DNA of 64,000 nt from contig CAZQLH010000001.1 of NCBI GenBank assembly GCA_964594155.1, positions 1,448 to 65,447 of the forward strand. Reading direction: 5' to 3'. Source of the DNA: an uncultured Candidatus Saccharibacteria bacterium. GTDB taxonomy: Bacteria > Patescibacteriota > Minisyncoccia > Portnoybacterales > UBA2143. The position numbers and the translations under genes are program-made. Of this stretch, positions 9,570-19,524 are shown one piece after another (the stretch's first letter is position 1; each line of letters starts with the position of its first letter). The notes under the pieces were generated by a model. That model was not told the DNA's origin. It saw nothing but the letters and a program-made list of their open reading frames with translations, and did no database searches.

Positions 9570-10529
9570 ATGTCAAAGGTATTTATTACTCGTCAGATTC
9601 CTGAAAAAGGGATTAAAATGTTAAAAGATAAGGGCTGGAATGTTTTAATTGGCCCAGAAGGGAAAATATCTCAAGAAGAGCTATTAAAAGGCGTTAAAGG
9701 AGTTGACGCTATTCTTTCTGTTTTAACAGAAAAGATTAATGGAGAAGTAATGGAGGCAGCTGGCAAGCAATTAAAAATTATTGCTAATTACGCGGTTGGG
9801 TATAATAATATTGATGTTAAAGAGGCAAAAAAGAGAAATATTATAGTGACTAATACCCCTGGCGTTTTAACTGACGCAGTAGCTGATCATGCTGTTGGAT
9901 TGCTTTTTACTATAGCTCAAAGAGTTGTTGAAGCGGATAAATATACCAGGGCAGGCAAGTACAAAGCTTGGGGTCCTAAGCTTTTTTTAGGCGCTGACAT
10001 TACTGGAAAAGTTTTAGGGATTGTTGGTTTTGGCCGAATTGGTTTTGCTGTAGCCCAAAGAATGAAACAGGGTTTTAATATGAAAATTATTTATTATGAT
10101 ATTAATCGCAATGAGGAATTAGAAGAAAAAATAGGGGCAGAATATAAAGAGTTGGATGACTTATTAAAAGAGTCGGATTTTGTCAGTTTGCATACTGCTT
10201 TAACAAAAGAAACCACGCATTTAATTAATTCAGAAAGATTGGCAATAATGAAGCCAACTGCTTGTTTGATCAATACTTCTCGCGGGCCAGTAATTGACGA
10301 AACAGCTTTAATAGAAACCTTAAAAGCTAAAAGGATTGCTGGCGCAGCCTTGGATGTTTTTGAAAAAGAGCCGGAATTAATGCCTGGATTAGCTGATTTG
10401 GAAAATGTTGTTTTAACGCCTCATATTGCTTCAGCTACCAAGGAAACACGCGATAAAATGGCTGAAATGGCAGCTAATAATGTGATTGCTGCCTTAGAAG
10501 GACAAACACCTAATAACGTCATCCGATGA
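9570..10529 (+). CDS. D-2-hydroxyacid dehydrogenase (glyoxylate reductase/D-glycerate dehydrogenase)
   Basis: AVGYNNID, TNTPGVL, GFGRIG, INTSRGPV, DVFEKEP, TPHIASAT. Confidence 0.9.
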   Translation: MSKVFITRQIPEKGIKMLKDKGWNVLIGPEGKISQEELLKGVKGVDAILSVLTEKINGEVMEAAGKQLKIIANYAVGYNNIDVKEAKKRNIIVTNTPGVLTDAVADHAVGLLFTIAQRVVEADKYTRAGKYKAWGPKLFLGADITGKVLGIVGFGRIGFAVAQRMKQGFNMKIIYYDINRNEELEEKIGAEYKELDDLLKESDFVSLHTALTKETTHLINSERLAIMKPTACLINTSRGPVIDETALIETLKAKRIAGAALDVFEKEPELMPGLADLENVVLTPHIASATKETRDKMAEMAANNVIAALEGQTPNNVIR

Positions 10530-10581
10530 CGTTAATCCAATTAAATTTGCTTTTTAATTAGAAAAGAGTATAATAAATCAT

Positions 10582-11235
10582 ATGAATAAGAAAACATATA
10601 TTTTAGGAGTTATTGCTATAATATTCTTAATAGGAATTGTTTGGTACGCTGATCAAAATAAACAGCCAACAGATAATCAAACAGCTTCAGTTTTAGAAGC
10701 ATCTGATCAAGAACAATCTACAGAATCAATTAAATTGGAATTATCAGAAGAGCTTTTTATAGGCAATCCAGAAGCTCCAGTAACAATAATAGAGTATGCC
10801 AGTCATTTTTGCGGATTCTGCGTTGATTTTCATTTAGATACGCTTCCTTTGCTTGTTGATAGGTACGTTAAAACAAGCAAGGTAAAAGTGGTTTTTCGTT
10901 TGCTTTCTCCTCCAGAATTAAGCATAGCTGTTTTGTGCGCTAATGAACAAGGAGATTTTCAAGAATTCAACACCTTTCTTTACGAAAATATCCAGGATAT
11001 TAAATCACTTGACGATTTGAAAAAAACAGCTAATATTTTAGAGTTAAACCAAGATGATTTTGATCAATGTATTGATTCAGGAAAGTACCAAGAAAAAGCA
11101 GTTAATTGGTTTGATCAGGCAACCAGCGCTGGAGTTGAAGGCACGCCAACCTTTTTTATAAACAATCAAGAAGTTGTTGGCAATCAGCCAGTAGCTATAT
11201 TTGAAGAGATTATTGAGCAAGAGCTTGCTAAATAG
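10582..11235 (+). CDS. DsbA/thioredoxin-fold oxidoreductase
   Basis: N-terminal anchor, APVTIIEY...CGFC, GVEGTPTFFIN. Confidence 0.88.
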   Translation: MNKKTYILGVIAIIFLIGIVWYADQNKQPTDNQTASVLEASDQEQSTESIKLELSEELFIGNPEAPVTIIEYASHFCGFCVDFHLDTLPLLVDRYVKTSKVKVVFRLLSPPELSIAVLCANEQGDFQEFNTFLYENIQDIKSLDDLKKTANILELNQDDFDQCIDSGKYQEKAVNWFDQATSAGVEGTPTFFINNQEVVGNQPVAIFEEIIEQELAK

Positions 11236-11247
11236 TTTTTTTGTTTG

Positions 11248-11291
11248 ATCCCAGTTCTTAAAAAAGTTTATTTTGAAGGACTGGGATTTTT
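11248..11291 (+). terminator. Intrinsic terminator
   Basis: ATCCCAGTTCTT...AAGGACTGGGAT followed by a T-run. Confidence 0.55.
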
Positions 11292-11321
11292 CTATTCTTA
11301 ATTTTATGTTAATATATATCT

Positions 11322-12245
11322 ATGGCTTTGATTATTGAAAAGAAACAAATAAAAGAGTGGTTAATAGAATTAAAGAAAGATTTTAAAGTTGTTAATGTTA
11401 AGAATTCTATTCTGCCGCCCAAGAAATATTTTTTTCCTCCTCAGGAAGATATTTTTGTTTTTGATAAAAAAACAAAAAATCTTGATACTGTAGATTACAA
11501 GAAACAGTTAGTGATTTTTGGCTTAAGCTTGAATAAATTAGAAGGCATTAAGCAATTAGATGAAATAATGAGCAAGCCCCAGCCAGATTTTTTTTACTGG
11601 CAAAGAAGAGAACAGTCAGTTTTAATTGGCTTAACTGATAATTCAGTTGAAGTAACTCCAGCTGGCGACCTTATTTTAGAAAAAATTAATCAAAAGCAAT
11701 ATCAAGCATTGGTTTTAACTGATAAGGGGAAGAAATTAGCTCAAAACAAGTTTTTTAAAGAAAATAAAAATCCAGAGATTAAAAAATATCCTCAAGAAGA
11801 AAATCCAGCTAAAAAAATGCTTTTAGATTCAGAATTATTAGCTGAAGCAGTAGAATGGTCTTGGCAAGTAAATCATAAGATTTGGGATGAGTTGGCTGAA
11901 AAATGCTTAGGTTGCGGTATTTGCACATATGTTTGTCCTCTTTGCCATTGTTTTTCCATAAAAGACAGGGTTAGCTTAGATGATAAGAAGTGCGTTCGCT
12001 GCCGGCAATGGGATGCTTGCACTTTGCCAAGCTTTGCTAAAATTGCTGGCGGGCATAATTTTCATAAAACCATTAAAGAGCGATATTATAATTGGTTTTA
12101 TCATAAATTTGTGCGTGCATATAAGGAATATGGCAAGCCGCAATGCATAGCTTGCGGCAATTGCAAAGAATATTGCCCAGCTAAGATTAAAATAGGAGAA
12201 GTTTTAAAAGAAATAGTTAAGGATTATAAAAAGAAAAAAGAATAA
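11322..12245 (+). CDS. hydB: Group 3b NiFe hydrogenase beta (Fe-S) subunit
   Basis: CLGCGICTYVCPLCHCF, RQWDAC, CIACGNCKEYCP; hydrogenase operon context. Confidence 0.88.
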   Translation: MALIIEKKQIKEWLIELKKDFKVVNVKNSILPPKKYFFPPQEDIFVFDKKTKNLDTVDYKKQLVIFGLSLNKLEGIKQLDEIMSKPQPDFFYWQRREQSVLIGLTDNSVEVTPAGDLILEKINQKQYQALVLTDKGKKLAQNKFFKENKNPEIKKYPQEENPAKKMLLDSELLAEAVEWSWQVNHKIWDELAEKCLGCGICTYVCPLCHCFSIKDRVSLDDKKCVRCRQWDACTLPSFAKIAGGHNFHKTIKERYYNWFYHKFVRAYKEYGKPQCIACGNCKEYCPAKIKIGEVLKEIVKDYKKKKE

Positions 12246-12258
12246 ATTTATTAAACTT

Positions 12259-12324
12259 ATATTCTAAAATTTATGAGCGCTTTACCCTAAAGGGCTTTGA
12301 CGCGTCTCAGAAATTTCAGAACAC
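12259..12324 (+). repeat. Structured intergenic element, copy 1
   Basis: ATTCTAAAATTT..GCGCTTTACCCTAAAGGGCTTTGACGCGTCTCAGAAATTTCAGAA. Confidence 0.85.
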
Positions 12325-12357
12325 TCGTTTTTATTAATATAAATTTTATTATTAGTT

Positions 12358-13185
12358 ATGAAAAATTTATACAAACCATTTAAAGTTAAAATTGATAAAA
12401 TAGAAAAGCATTCTTCTAATGTTAATCTTTTTAGATTAAAAAAAGAAAAAGGCGATTTTTTAAAAAACGACCAGGGATTATTATTTAATCCAGGCCAGTT
12501 TGTTTTGCCTGGCATTTTTGGCTATGGAGAAGCTCCTTTTGGCCCTGCTTCATCGCCTTATCAAGATTCATATATTGACATCTTAGTTAGAAGAGTTGGA
12601 GTTTTAACTGAGGCCTTGCATAAATTAAAGAAAGGGGATGAAATATTTATGCGCGGTCCTTATGGAAATGGCTTTCCTTTGGATTTTATAAAAGGCCATG
12701 ATATTGTTATGGTGACTGGCGGCTGTGGAATTCCTCCGATCGCTTCTTTAATTGAATATGTTATTAAAAACAAAGATGACTTTGGCCGGGTTTATTTAAT
12801 CTATGGAGCTCGGACTCCGGGTGATTTGTTAATTAAAGACAGAATAAAAATATGGGAAAAAGAAATAAAAGTATTATTAACTGTTGATCAGCCAAGTAAG
12901 GATTGGAAGGGTTCAGTAGGCATGGTTTCAGAATTAATTAATGATATTAAGATTGATCCTAAAAATGCTGTTTCAGCTATGTGCGGGCCAGGGCCAATGA
13001 TGGATGCTTTGGAAAAAATCTTAAGACCCTTGGGGGTTTCTGACAGAAGGATTTTTGTTAATATGGAAAGAAAAATGCAGTGCGGGATAGGCAAGTGCCA
13101 GCATTGCACAACTGGAGATAAATATGTATGCCAAGACGGTCCAGTATTTAATTTTGATGAAATTGATAAAAACTGGGATAAATAG
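12358..13185 (+). CDS. hydG: Group 3b hydrogenase gamma (FAD/NAD(P), 2Fe-2S) subunit
   Basis: PGQF, RGPYGNGF, GGCGIPP, CGPGPMM, CGIGKCQHC, CQDGPVF. Confidence 0.9.
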   Translation: MKNLYKPFKVKIDKIEKHSSNVNLFRLKKEKGDFLKNDQGLLFNPGQFVLPGIFGYGEAPFGPASSPYQDSYIDILVRRVGVLTEALHKLKKGDEIFMRGPYGNGFPLDFIKGHDIVMVTGGCGIPPIASLIEYVIKNKDDFGRVYLIYGARTPGDLLIKDRIKIWEKEIKVLLTVDQPSKDWKGSVGMVSELINDIKIDPKNAVSAMCGPGPMMDALEKILRPLGVSDRRIFVNMERKMQCGIGKCQHCTTGDKYVCQDGPVFNFDEIDKNWDK

Positions 13186-13230
13186 GAAATATTCCGGAAA
13201 TCAAATTTTTAAAATCATTTGTTTTTTTTC

Positions 13231-13296
13231 GCGCATTGAAATTTCTTCGCGCTTTACCTTAAAGGGCTCCGACGCGTCTCAGAAATTTCAAAGCAC
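13231..13296 (+). repeat. Structured intergenic element, copy 2
   Basis: TTGAAATTTCT..GCGCTTTACCTTAAAGGGCTCCGACGCGTCTCAGAAATTTCAA. Confidence 0.85.
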
Positions 13297-13314
13297 TCAA
13301 TAAAAATAAGTACT

Positions 13315-14064
13315 ATGATTAAACCAAAAGTTGCTATCTATGACTTTACTGATTGTGAAGGATGTGAAGTAGAGATTATTTCTCTTAGAGAAAAGCTTTT
13401 AATATTGGAAAGCAGATTAGATATTGTTGATTGGCGATTAGGCCAGGATAGAAAAGAATCTGGCCCTTTTGATATCACTATTATTGAAGGAACTCCAATA
13501 ACTCAGCATGAAATTGATTTACTTAAGAAATTAAGAAAAGAATCAGAAGTTTTAATTGCTTTGGGCGCTTGCGCTGCTTTGGGCGGTATTCCAGCGATTG
13601 TGGATAAAAAAGAGCGGGCTAAATGGTATAAGAAGATTTATCCTTCGACAAGCTCAGGACAAGCGTATAAGCCAAGGGGAATTGACGCTTTGCCTTTATC
13701 TGCTTATGTTCAAGTTGATTTTTTAATTCATGGCTGTCCAGTCAATGGCAAAGAAGTAGTTAGAATTATTGAAGACTTGTTAGCTGGCAAAGTTCCAAAG
13801 TATCAAGGCTATTCAGTTTGTTTTGAATGCAAACAGGAAAATAATCCTTGTCGGCTATCGGATAGCCGACCTTGCTTGGGTCCGATTACTCAAGGCGGGT
13901 GCCAAGCTATTTGTGTTTCTGGCGGTTCTGCTTGTTATGGCTGTTTTGGCTTGCGCGAAGAACCAGAAATTAAAAATTTATTAAAGATTCTTAATAAGAT
14001 TACAGATAAAAAAGAAATTGAAAGATATTTTACAATGTTTTTGAGTAGAGTAAACAAGAAATAA
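13315..14064 (+). CDS. hydD: Group 3b hydrogenase delta (small) subunit
   Basis: CEGC, GACAALGG, GCP, VCFEC...CLGP...C...C.GC. Confidence 0.9.
   Translation: MIKPKVAIYDFTDCEGCEVEIISLREKLLILESRLDIVDWRLGQDRKESGPFDITIIEGTPITQHEIDLLKKLRKESEVLIALGACAALGGIPAIVDKKERAKWYKKIYPSTSSGQAYKPRGIDALPLSAYVQVDFLIHGCPVNGKEVVRIIEDLLAGKVPKYQGYSVCFECKQENNPCRLSDSRPCLGPITQGGCQAICVSGGSACYGCFGLREEPEIKNLLKILNKITDKKEIERYFTMFLSRVNKK
13642..13658 (+). repeat. 17-bp element CCTTCGACAAGCTCAGG in-frame in hydD (PSTSSG)
   Basis: Identical copy at 15185-15201. Confidence 0.8.
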
Positions 14065-14080
14065 AACAAATAAAAATTTC

Positions 14081-14146
14081 ATATTCTAAATTTTCTTCGC
14101 GCTTTACCCTAAAGGGCTTTGACGCGTCTCAGAAATTTCAGAATAT
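14081..14146 (+). repeat. Structured intergenic element, copy 3
   Basis: ATATTCTAAATTTTCT..GCGCTTTACCCTAAAGGGCTTTGACGCGTCTCAGAAATTTCAGAATAT. Confidence 0.85.
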
Positions 14147-14161
14147 TCATTTTTTTATACA

Positions 14162-15385
14162 ATGAACAATTTTATTACTAAAATAGAAGGGCATGGGAGT
14201 TTAACTATTGATTGGAAGAAAAATTCCATTGAATTGAATATTCATGAAGGCGAGCGGCTTTTTGAGGGGATGCTGGTTAATCGGACAGCTGAAGAAATGC
14301 ATTGGATTACGCCTCGTATTTGCGGGGTTTGTCCCACAGCACATAATTTAGCTTCTTTAACTGCTTTAGAAGATTCTTTGGATATTAAACCTAATCAAAC
14401 AACTGTTTTATTGCGTGATTTAATGCAGAGCGGGCAAATGATTCAAAGCCATGCTTTGCATCTTTTCTTTTTATCTTTGCCTGATTATTTAGGAATTGAC
14501 CGGGGAACAGAATTAGCTCAAAAGAACCCAGAAGCGTTTAAGAATGCTTTAGCTCTTAAAGAAGTTTCTGATTTGATTGTTCAGGTTGTTGGGGGCCGGA
14601 TTGTTCATCCAACCAAAACAACTATTGGCGGTTTTCATAAAATCCCAAGTATTTTAGCTTTAAAGAAATTGCTTAAGAAATTAGAAAAATCAGAATTGGC
14701 TGCTAAGAATACAATTGAATTGGCAGCTAATATTGAATTTCCAGAATTAAGTGTTGATTTGCAATTAGTTGCTTTGGATAATGATTCAGTAATAGCTGTT
14801 TCTTCAAAGAATATTAAAGGAAGAAAAGAATCATTAATTAAGAATTACAAGCAGGATATTGAAGAAGAAATCAGGGATTATTCAACAGCTAAGTTTGGCA
14901 AGTATAAGGGGGAAGAAATGATGGTGGGTTCTTTGGCTCGTTTAGCTGTTTATGGAAATTATGATAAGAAATATCAAGTAGATTTTGCCAATCCTTTTCA
15001 TAATAATTTGGCCCAGGCAATTGAAATAGGGATTTACCATCAGAAAGCGCAGGAAATTATTAAAAAATTATTAAATATAGAAATAGATAAAAAAGTAATT
15101 CAACCAAGCAAAAACCATTCTTTAAGAGGTGTTGGCGCTATTGAAGCTCCAAGAGGCGGGCTTTATCATGAAGTTCATTTAGCCCCTTCGACAAGCTCAG
15201 GGTTTAATAATCTTATTACTGAAGCTAATATTATTACTCCTACAGTTCAGAATTTAACTTCTATTGAAAAAAGCAGTCAAGCTTTGCTAGAACAAACAAA
15301 AAACCGTTCTAAAGAAGAAATAGAACGATTATTGGTGATGTTAGTTCGGGCTTATGATCCTTGTATTACTTGCTCGGTTCACTAG
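14162..15385 (+). CDS. hydA: NiFe hydrogenase large (alpha) subunit, group 3b-type
   Basis: KIEGHG, L1 RICGVC, EAPRG, L2 DPCITCSVH. Confidence 0.93.
   Translation: MNNFITKIEGHGSLTIDWKKNSIELNIHEGERLFEGMLVNRTAEEMHWITPRICGVCPTAHNLASLTALEDSLDIKPNQTTVLLRDLMQSGQMIQSHALHLFFLSLPDYLGIDRGTELAQKNPEAFKNALALKEVSDLIVQVVGGRIVHPTKTTIGGFHKIPSILALKKLLKKLEKSELAAKNTIELAANIEFPELSVDLQLVALDNDSVIAVSSKNIKGRKESLIKNYKQDIEEEIRDYSTAKFGKYKGEEMMVGSLARLAVYGNYDKKYQVDFANPFHNNLAQAIEIGIYHQKAQEIIKKLLNIEIDKKVIQPSKNHSLRGVGAIEAPRGGLYHEVHLAPSTSSGFNNLITEANIITPTVQNLTSIEKSSQALLEQTKNRSKEEIERLLVMLVRAYDPCITCSVH
15185..15201 (+). repeat. 17-bp element CCTTCGACAAGCTCAGG in-frame in hydA (PSTSSG)
   Basis: Identical copy at 13642-13658. Confidence 0.8.
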
Positions 15386-15596
15386 ATTGATGATGATTAT
15401 TAATCATTTTTAAAATCTTTTTAGCTTCAGCTTTAGGAACTTTATTAATAGCTAATTCATCGTGAATTAGCAAATAGTCGCCAATTTTAACATTTTTAAG
15501 CAAGTTTAAGCTAACCCGGTGTTGGTGATCGCCAGATTCTACCGTAGCCCAATCTTTTTCAATTTTAATTACTTTGCTGGGAATTACTAAACACAT
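15366..15596 (-). CDS. hypC: Hydrogenase maturation chaperone HypC
   Basis: MCLVIP N-terminus, GDYLLIH. Confidence 0.9.
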   Translation of the reverse strand: MCLVIPSKVIKIEKDWATVESGDHQHRVSLNLLKNVKIGDYLLIHDELAINKVPKAEAKKILKMINNHHQSSEPSK

Positions 15597-15616
15597 AAGT
15601 TAATTGTATTACAATT

Positions 15617-16510
15617 ATGAATAAAAACAAAGGATTATTATTAGTTTTATCAACCGCTGTTATTTCCGGCATATCTGTTTTTATTAACAAGTTCGGAGTT
15701 ATTGTTGTTAACCCATATATTTTTACTGGTTTGAAAAATATTATTGTTGCTCTATTAATAGTAACTTGGCTTTTAATGATGAAGGATTGGAAGATTTTGA
15801 AAAAGCTTCAGAAAAATCAATGGTTAATGCTTTTAGGAATCGGATTGATTGGCGGCTCTGTCCCATTTTTACTTTTTTTTAAAGGACTTTCTATAACTAG
15901 CGGAGTTCAGGCGGCTTTTATTCATAAAACAATGTTTATCTATATCATTGTTTTAGCAGCTGTTTTTTTGAAAGAAAAGATCAGCAGGAATTTTTTAATA
16001 GCTGGCCTTGGTTTGTTTTTAGCTAATATTCTTTTATTAAAATCAGTTCAAAGTAATTTTACATGGGGCGATCTTCTTATTTTATCAGCTACTCTTTTTT
16101 GGGCTTTGGAAAATGTTTTAAGCAAATATTTGCTTAGAGATTTATCTGCTCGGATAGTTATTTGGGGGAGAATGTTTTTTGGCTCTTTTTTTATTATTCT
16201 ATTTTGGCTGATTACTGGCCAAGCGCATTTAATTAATTCATTGAATTTAGAGCAGATAGGATGGGTAATGATTACATCTGTTTTCCTTTTTGGCTATGTA
16301 GCTGCTTGGTATCATGGATTGAAATATATTAAGGTTTCTGAAGCAGCTGTTGTTTTGTTATTAGCCAGTCCAATAACAACGTTTTTATCTTTAATATTCT
16401 TAAATCAAGCTTTGTTAATTAATCAGTTTTTTGGTATAATATTAGCTCTATTGTCAATCCTAATTATTTATTCTTCTTATGCTCAAAACAAATCAATTAG
16501 CGCAGTTTGA
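15617..16510 (+). CDS. EamA/DMT family transporter
   Basis: About 10 TM helices in two repeats, FLKEK motif. Confidence 0.85.
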   Translation: MNKNKGLLLVLSTAVISGISVFINKFGVIVVNPYIFTGLKNIIVALLIVTWLLMMKDWKILKKLQKNQWLMLLGIGLIGGSVPFLLFFKGLSITSGVQAAFIHKTMFIYIIVLAAVFLKEKISRNFLIAGLGLFLANILLLKSVQSNFTWGDLLILSATLFWALENVLSKYLLRDLSARIVIWGRMFFGSFFIILFWLITGQAHLINSLNLEQIGWVMITSVFLFGYVAAWYHGLKYIKVSEAAVVLLLASPITTFLSLIFLNQALLINQFFGIILALLSILIIYSSYAQNKSISAV

Positions 16511-17240
16511 TTCCAAAGGAATCATTAGATGCGCGCGATATGGCTTTATGCCTAATCATTTGAGTTTTTGCGGGCCAGATAAGAATAAAGACCTTTTTCA
16601 TTATTGCCATAGCCAGAAAACAGATCAGGGATTAAAACAGATTTTAGAAGATTTTCAAACGCTTTATCCTTATTTAAAATTCATTGCTCAATATAATAGG
16701 ATTAAGGATCCTTTTAGAGAAGAAGTGGTAGAGGCCTATTGGATTGGCAATTCTCTTTTAGAAAATATTACTAAATCGCAGCTATATAGCCATTTAGTAG
16801 ATAATTTTCAAGTTAAAAGGAAATTAAGCAAGCCATTGGTAAGAAGATTGAATAAAAAGATTGTTTTAGGAGCTAAAGCTCATCATAATTTTCATGTTTT
16901 GAGCGTTTGGAAGCAAGCTGATAAAATTGATTCATTGCAAATTTTATCCAGTATGGATCTTTGCCGAATTAGCTGGGGCAAGGTTAAGAAAGTTAATCAG
17001 GCAGATTTAAAAGTGGAATATCAGCCATTGGTTTTAAAGAACAATAAATTGAGTTTAGGCAAGCCAATTTTAGAGAAAATAAATTACAGGATTGAAGATA
17101 AGGGATTTATTAAAAAACCAAAAAAAGGAAATTGGATTTCAATGCATTGGGGATTTGCCTGTGAAGTGTTAAATGACTGGCAAGTTGCTAATTTGAAAAA
17201 ATATACTTTGGAAAATATTGATTTAGCTAATTTGAGTTAA
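16479..17240 (+). CDS. Conserved hypothetical protein (DUF6390-like)
   Basis: RYGFMPN.L.FCGP, VVEAYWIG, HHNFHV, CRISWG, SMHWG..CE. Confidence 0.7.
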   Translation: MLKTNQLAQFDSKGIIRCARYGFMPNHLSFCGPDKNKDLFHYCHSQKTDQGLKQILEDFQTLYPYLKFIAQYNRIKDPFREEVVEAYWIGNSLLENITKSQLYSHLVDNFQVKRKLSKPLVRRLNKKIVLGAKAHHNFHVLSVWKQADKIDSLQILSSMDLCRISWGKVKKVNQADLKVEYQPLVLKNNKLSLGKPILEKINYRIEDKGFIKKPKKGNWISMHWGFACEVLNDWQVANLKKYTLENIDLANLS

Positions 17241-17246
17241 AAAAAT

Positions 17247-18161
17247 ATGTATGATTTAATAATTATTGGAGGAGGGCCAGCTGCAGTTAGCGCTGGCATT
17301 TACGCAGCTAGGAAAAAACTTAAAACTATTTTAATTACTAAAGATTGGGGCGGCCAAGTGGCTTTAGCGCCTGAAATAGAGAATTACCCTGGATTTAATT
17401 CAATTACTGGAGCAGAATTGGTCAAGAAATTTGTTGAACATTTAAAAAAGAATGAATTAGAGATAAAAGAAGGAGTTGAAATCAAAGATATTAAAGTAAA
17501 TAATAATTTAGTTGAAGTAAAAGCTAATAGTGATTCTTATCAAGCTAAGGCCGCTGTTGTAACAACAGGGCGAAATCCTCGCAAGTTAGGATTGCCTAAT
17601 GAAGCAAAATTTCTTGGCAAGGGAATTAGTTATTGTTCAACTTGCGACGCGCCTCTTTTTAAAGATAAAGAAGTAGCTGTTATTGGCGGAGGAAATATGG
17701 GATTAGGCACAGCTTTAGATCTTGTTACTTATGCTTCTAAGATATATATTTTAGAATATGATTCTAAAATAAGGGCTGATCAATATTTTCAAGAAAAAGT
17801 TAAAAAAAATGATAAAATAGAAGTTATTACTAGCGCTAGAATTGCTGAAATTAAAGGAGATCAATTTGTCAGCAGCTTATCTTATAGTAATGGAACCGGA
17901 GGCAAGAATAAGGAATTGTTAGTTCAAGGCATTTTTGTAGCTATTGGTTCAGATGCTAGTTCATTTTTAGTTAAAAATGTGGTAGAATTAAATAAAGAGG
18001 GTGAAATAAAGATTGACTCTAGAAACAGAACTTCTCAGCCAAATATTTTTGCCGCTGGAGATGTAACTGATATTTCTCATAAGCAAATTGTTATTGCCGC
18101 TGGAGAGGGAGCTAAAGCAGCTTTAAATGCTTATGATTATTTGCAAAGTTTAAATCAATAA
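17247..18161 (+). CDS. trxB: Thioredoxin reductase (AhpF-like C-terminal type)
   Basis: GGGPA, CSTCD, GGGN, FAAGD. Confidence 0.9.
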   Translation: MYDLIIIGGGPAAVSAGIYAARKKLKTILITKDWGGQVALAPEIENYPGFNSITGAELVKKFVEHLKKNELEIKEGVEIKDIKVNNNLVEVKANSDSYQAKAAVVTTGRNPRKLGLPNEAKFLGKGISYCSTCDAPLFKDKEVAVIGGGNMGLGTALDLVTYASKIYILEYDSKIRADQYFQEKVKKNDKIEVITSARIAEIKGDQFVSSLSYSNGTGGKNKELLVQGIFVAIGSDASSFLVKNVVELNKEGEIKIDSRNRTSQPNIFAAGDVTDISHKQIVIAAGEGAKAALNAYDYLQSLNQ

Positions 18162-18185
18162 AGATATCAAGGTACGGCCTATAAC

Positions 18186-18267
18186 TAATAATATTCTAAA
18201 ATTTTTAAGCGCTTTATCCCGCTGAAGCGGGAGCCCTACACGCATTAAAAATTTCAGAATATTATTA
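18186..18267 (+). repeat. Structured intergenic element, copy 4 (variant inner hairpin)
   Basis: ATATTCTAAAATTTTTAAGCGCTTTA-TCCCGCTGAAGCGGGA-GCCCTACACGCATTAAAAATTTCAGAATAT. Confidence 0.75.
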
Positions 18268-18295
18268 ATAGGCGCGGTCTTAGATAACAAATATT

Positions 18296-18550
18296 ATGAC
18301 AGATAAAAAACAGCCAAGTATCCGTGTTTATAGCACGTTAACTTGTCCATATTGCGTTACTCTTAAAGCTTTTTTAGATGAAAAAGGCTTTAAGTACGAA
18401 GATATTAATGTGGGTGAAGATCAAAAAGCAGCTGATGAAATGATAAAAAAATCAGGCCAAATGGGGGTTCCAGTAGTGGATATAGACGACCAAATTATTA
18501 TTGGATTTGACAAAGAAAAAATTAGCCAATTACTTAATATTAAGGAATAA
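18296..18550 (+). CDS. Glutaredoxin-like NrdH/YruB redoxin
   Basis: CPYC, SGQMGVPV, IGFD. Confidence 0.9.
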   Translation: MTDKKQPSIRVYSTLTCPYCVTLKAFLDEKGFKYEDINVGEDQKAADEMIKKSGQMGVPVVDIDDQIIIGFDKEKISQLLNIKE

Positions 18551-18555
18551 AATAT

Positions 18556-19524
18556 ATGATTAAAATAGCTATTAATGGATTTGGCCGGATCGGAAGGTCT
18601 GCTTTTCGGCGGATTTTAGAAAGTCATCCTGAATTAGAAGTGGCGGCTATTAATGATTTGGCTGATAAAGAAACTTTAGCTCATCTTTTAAAATATGATT
18701 CTGTTTATGGAATATATGATCAGCCAATCAAAGCTAAAATTTTAGCTGAAAAAGATCCAGCCCAGCTTCCTTGGAAAGAATTAGAAGTAGATATTGTTTT
18801 AGAATGTACTGGTATTTTTGCTAATCTTGAAGGAGCAGGAAGGCATTTATCAGCTAGGGCAAAAAAAGTTATTATCTCAGCTCCTTGCAAGGGATCTGAT
18901 GTTTCAACCTATGTTTTGGGCGGCAATGAAGATAAATATGATTCTAATAAGGATGATATTGTTTCTATGGGTTCTTGCACAACTAATTGTTATGCGCCAA
19001 TAACCAAAATCCTTCACGAAAATTTTGAAGTGGAAAGAGGATTTATGGTGACTGCCCATGCAGCAACTAATAATCAGAAGATTTTAGATTCTCCGCATAA
19101 GGATTTAAGGCGAGCTAGGTCTGTTTTTAATAATATTATTCCTACAACAAGCGGGTCTGACAAAGCAACTACTGAAGTAATCCCTGAATTAAAAGGGAAA
19201 TTGCATACTATGGCTATGCGAATACCAATACAAGTTGGTTCAGTGATTTATGCAATTTACAACCTTAAGAAAAAGCCATCATCAAAAGAAGTTAATAATG
19301 TAATAAAAGAAGCATCGCAAAGAGAATACAAAAACATTCTTAAATACGAGACCAATCAAATAGTTTCTTCTGATATTGTTGGTTCTAAATATTCAGCAAT
19401 CTTTGACTCATTATTAACCGAAAACAGCGATGATTTGGTAAAAATAGTTGCTTGGTATGATAATGAATATGGATATGCTTGCAGATTAGCAGAATTTGCA
19501 GAATTTATCGGCAAAAAATTATGA
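18556..19524 (+). CDS. gap: Glyceraldehyde-3-phosphate dehydrogenase
   Basis: INGFGRIGR, SCTTNC, WYDNEYGY. Confidence 0.93.
   Translation: MIKIAINGFGRIGRSAFRRILESHPELEVAAINDLADKETLAHLLKYDSVYGIYDQPIKAKILAEKDPAQLPWKELEVDIVLECTGIFANLEGAGRHLSARAKKVIISAPCKGSDVSTYVLGGNEDKYDSNKDDIVSMGSCTTNCYAPITKILHENFEVERGFMVTAHAATNNQKILDSPHKDLRRARSVFNNIIPTTSGSDKATTEVIPELKGKLHTMAMRIPIQVGSVIYAIYNLKKKPSSKEVNNVIKEASQREYKNILKYETNQIVSSDIVGSKYSAIFDSLLTENSDDLVKIVAWYDNEYGYACRLAEFAEFIGKKL

Noticed and set aside
12259-14146. Repeats as a CRISPR array or intrinsic terminators
   Set aside because: Copies are separated by whole genes, no cas genes are present, and they lie inside an operon without a consistent adjacent U-tract.
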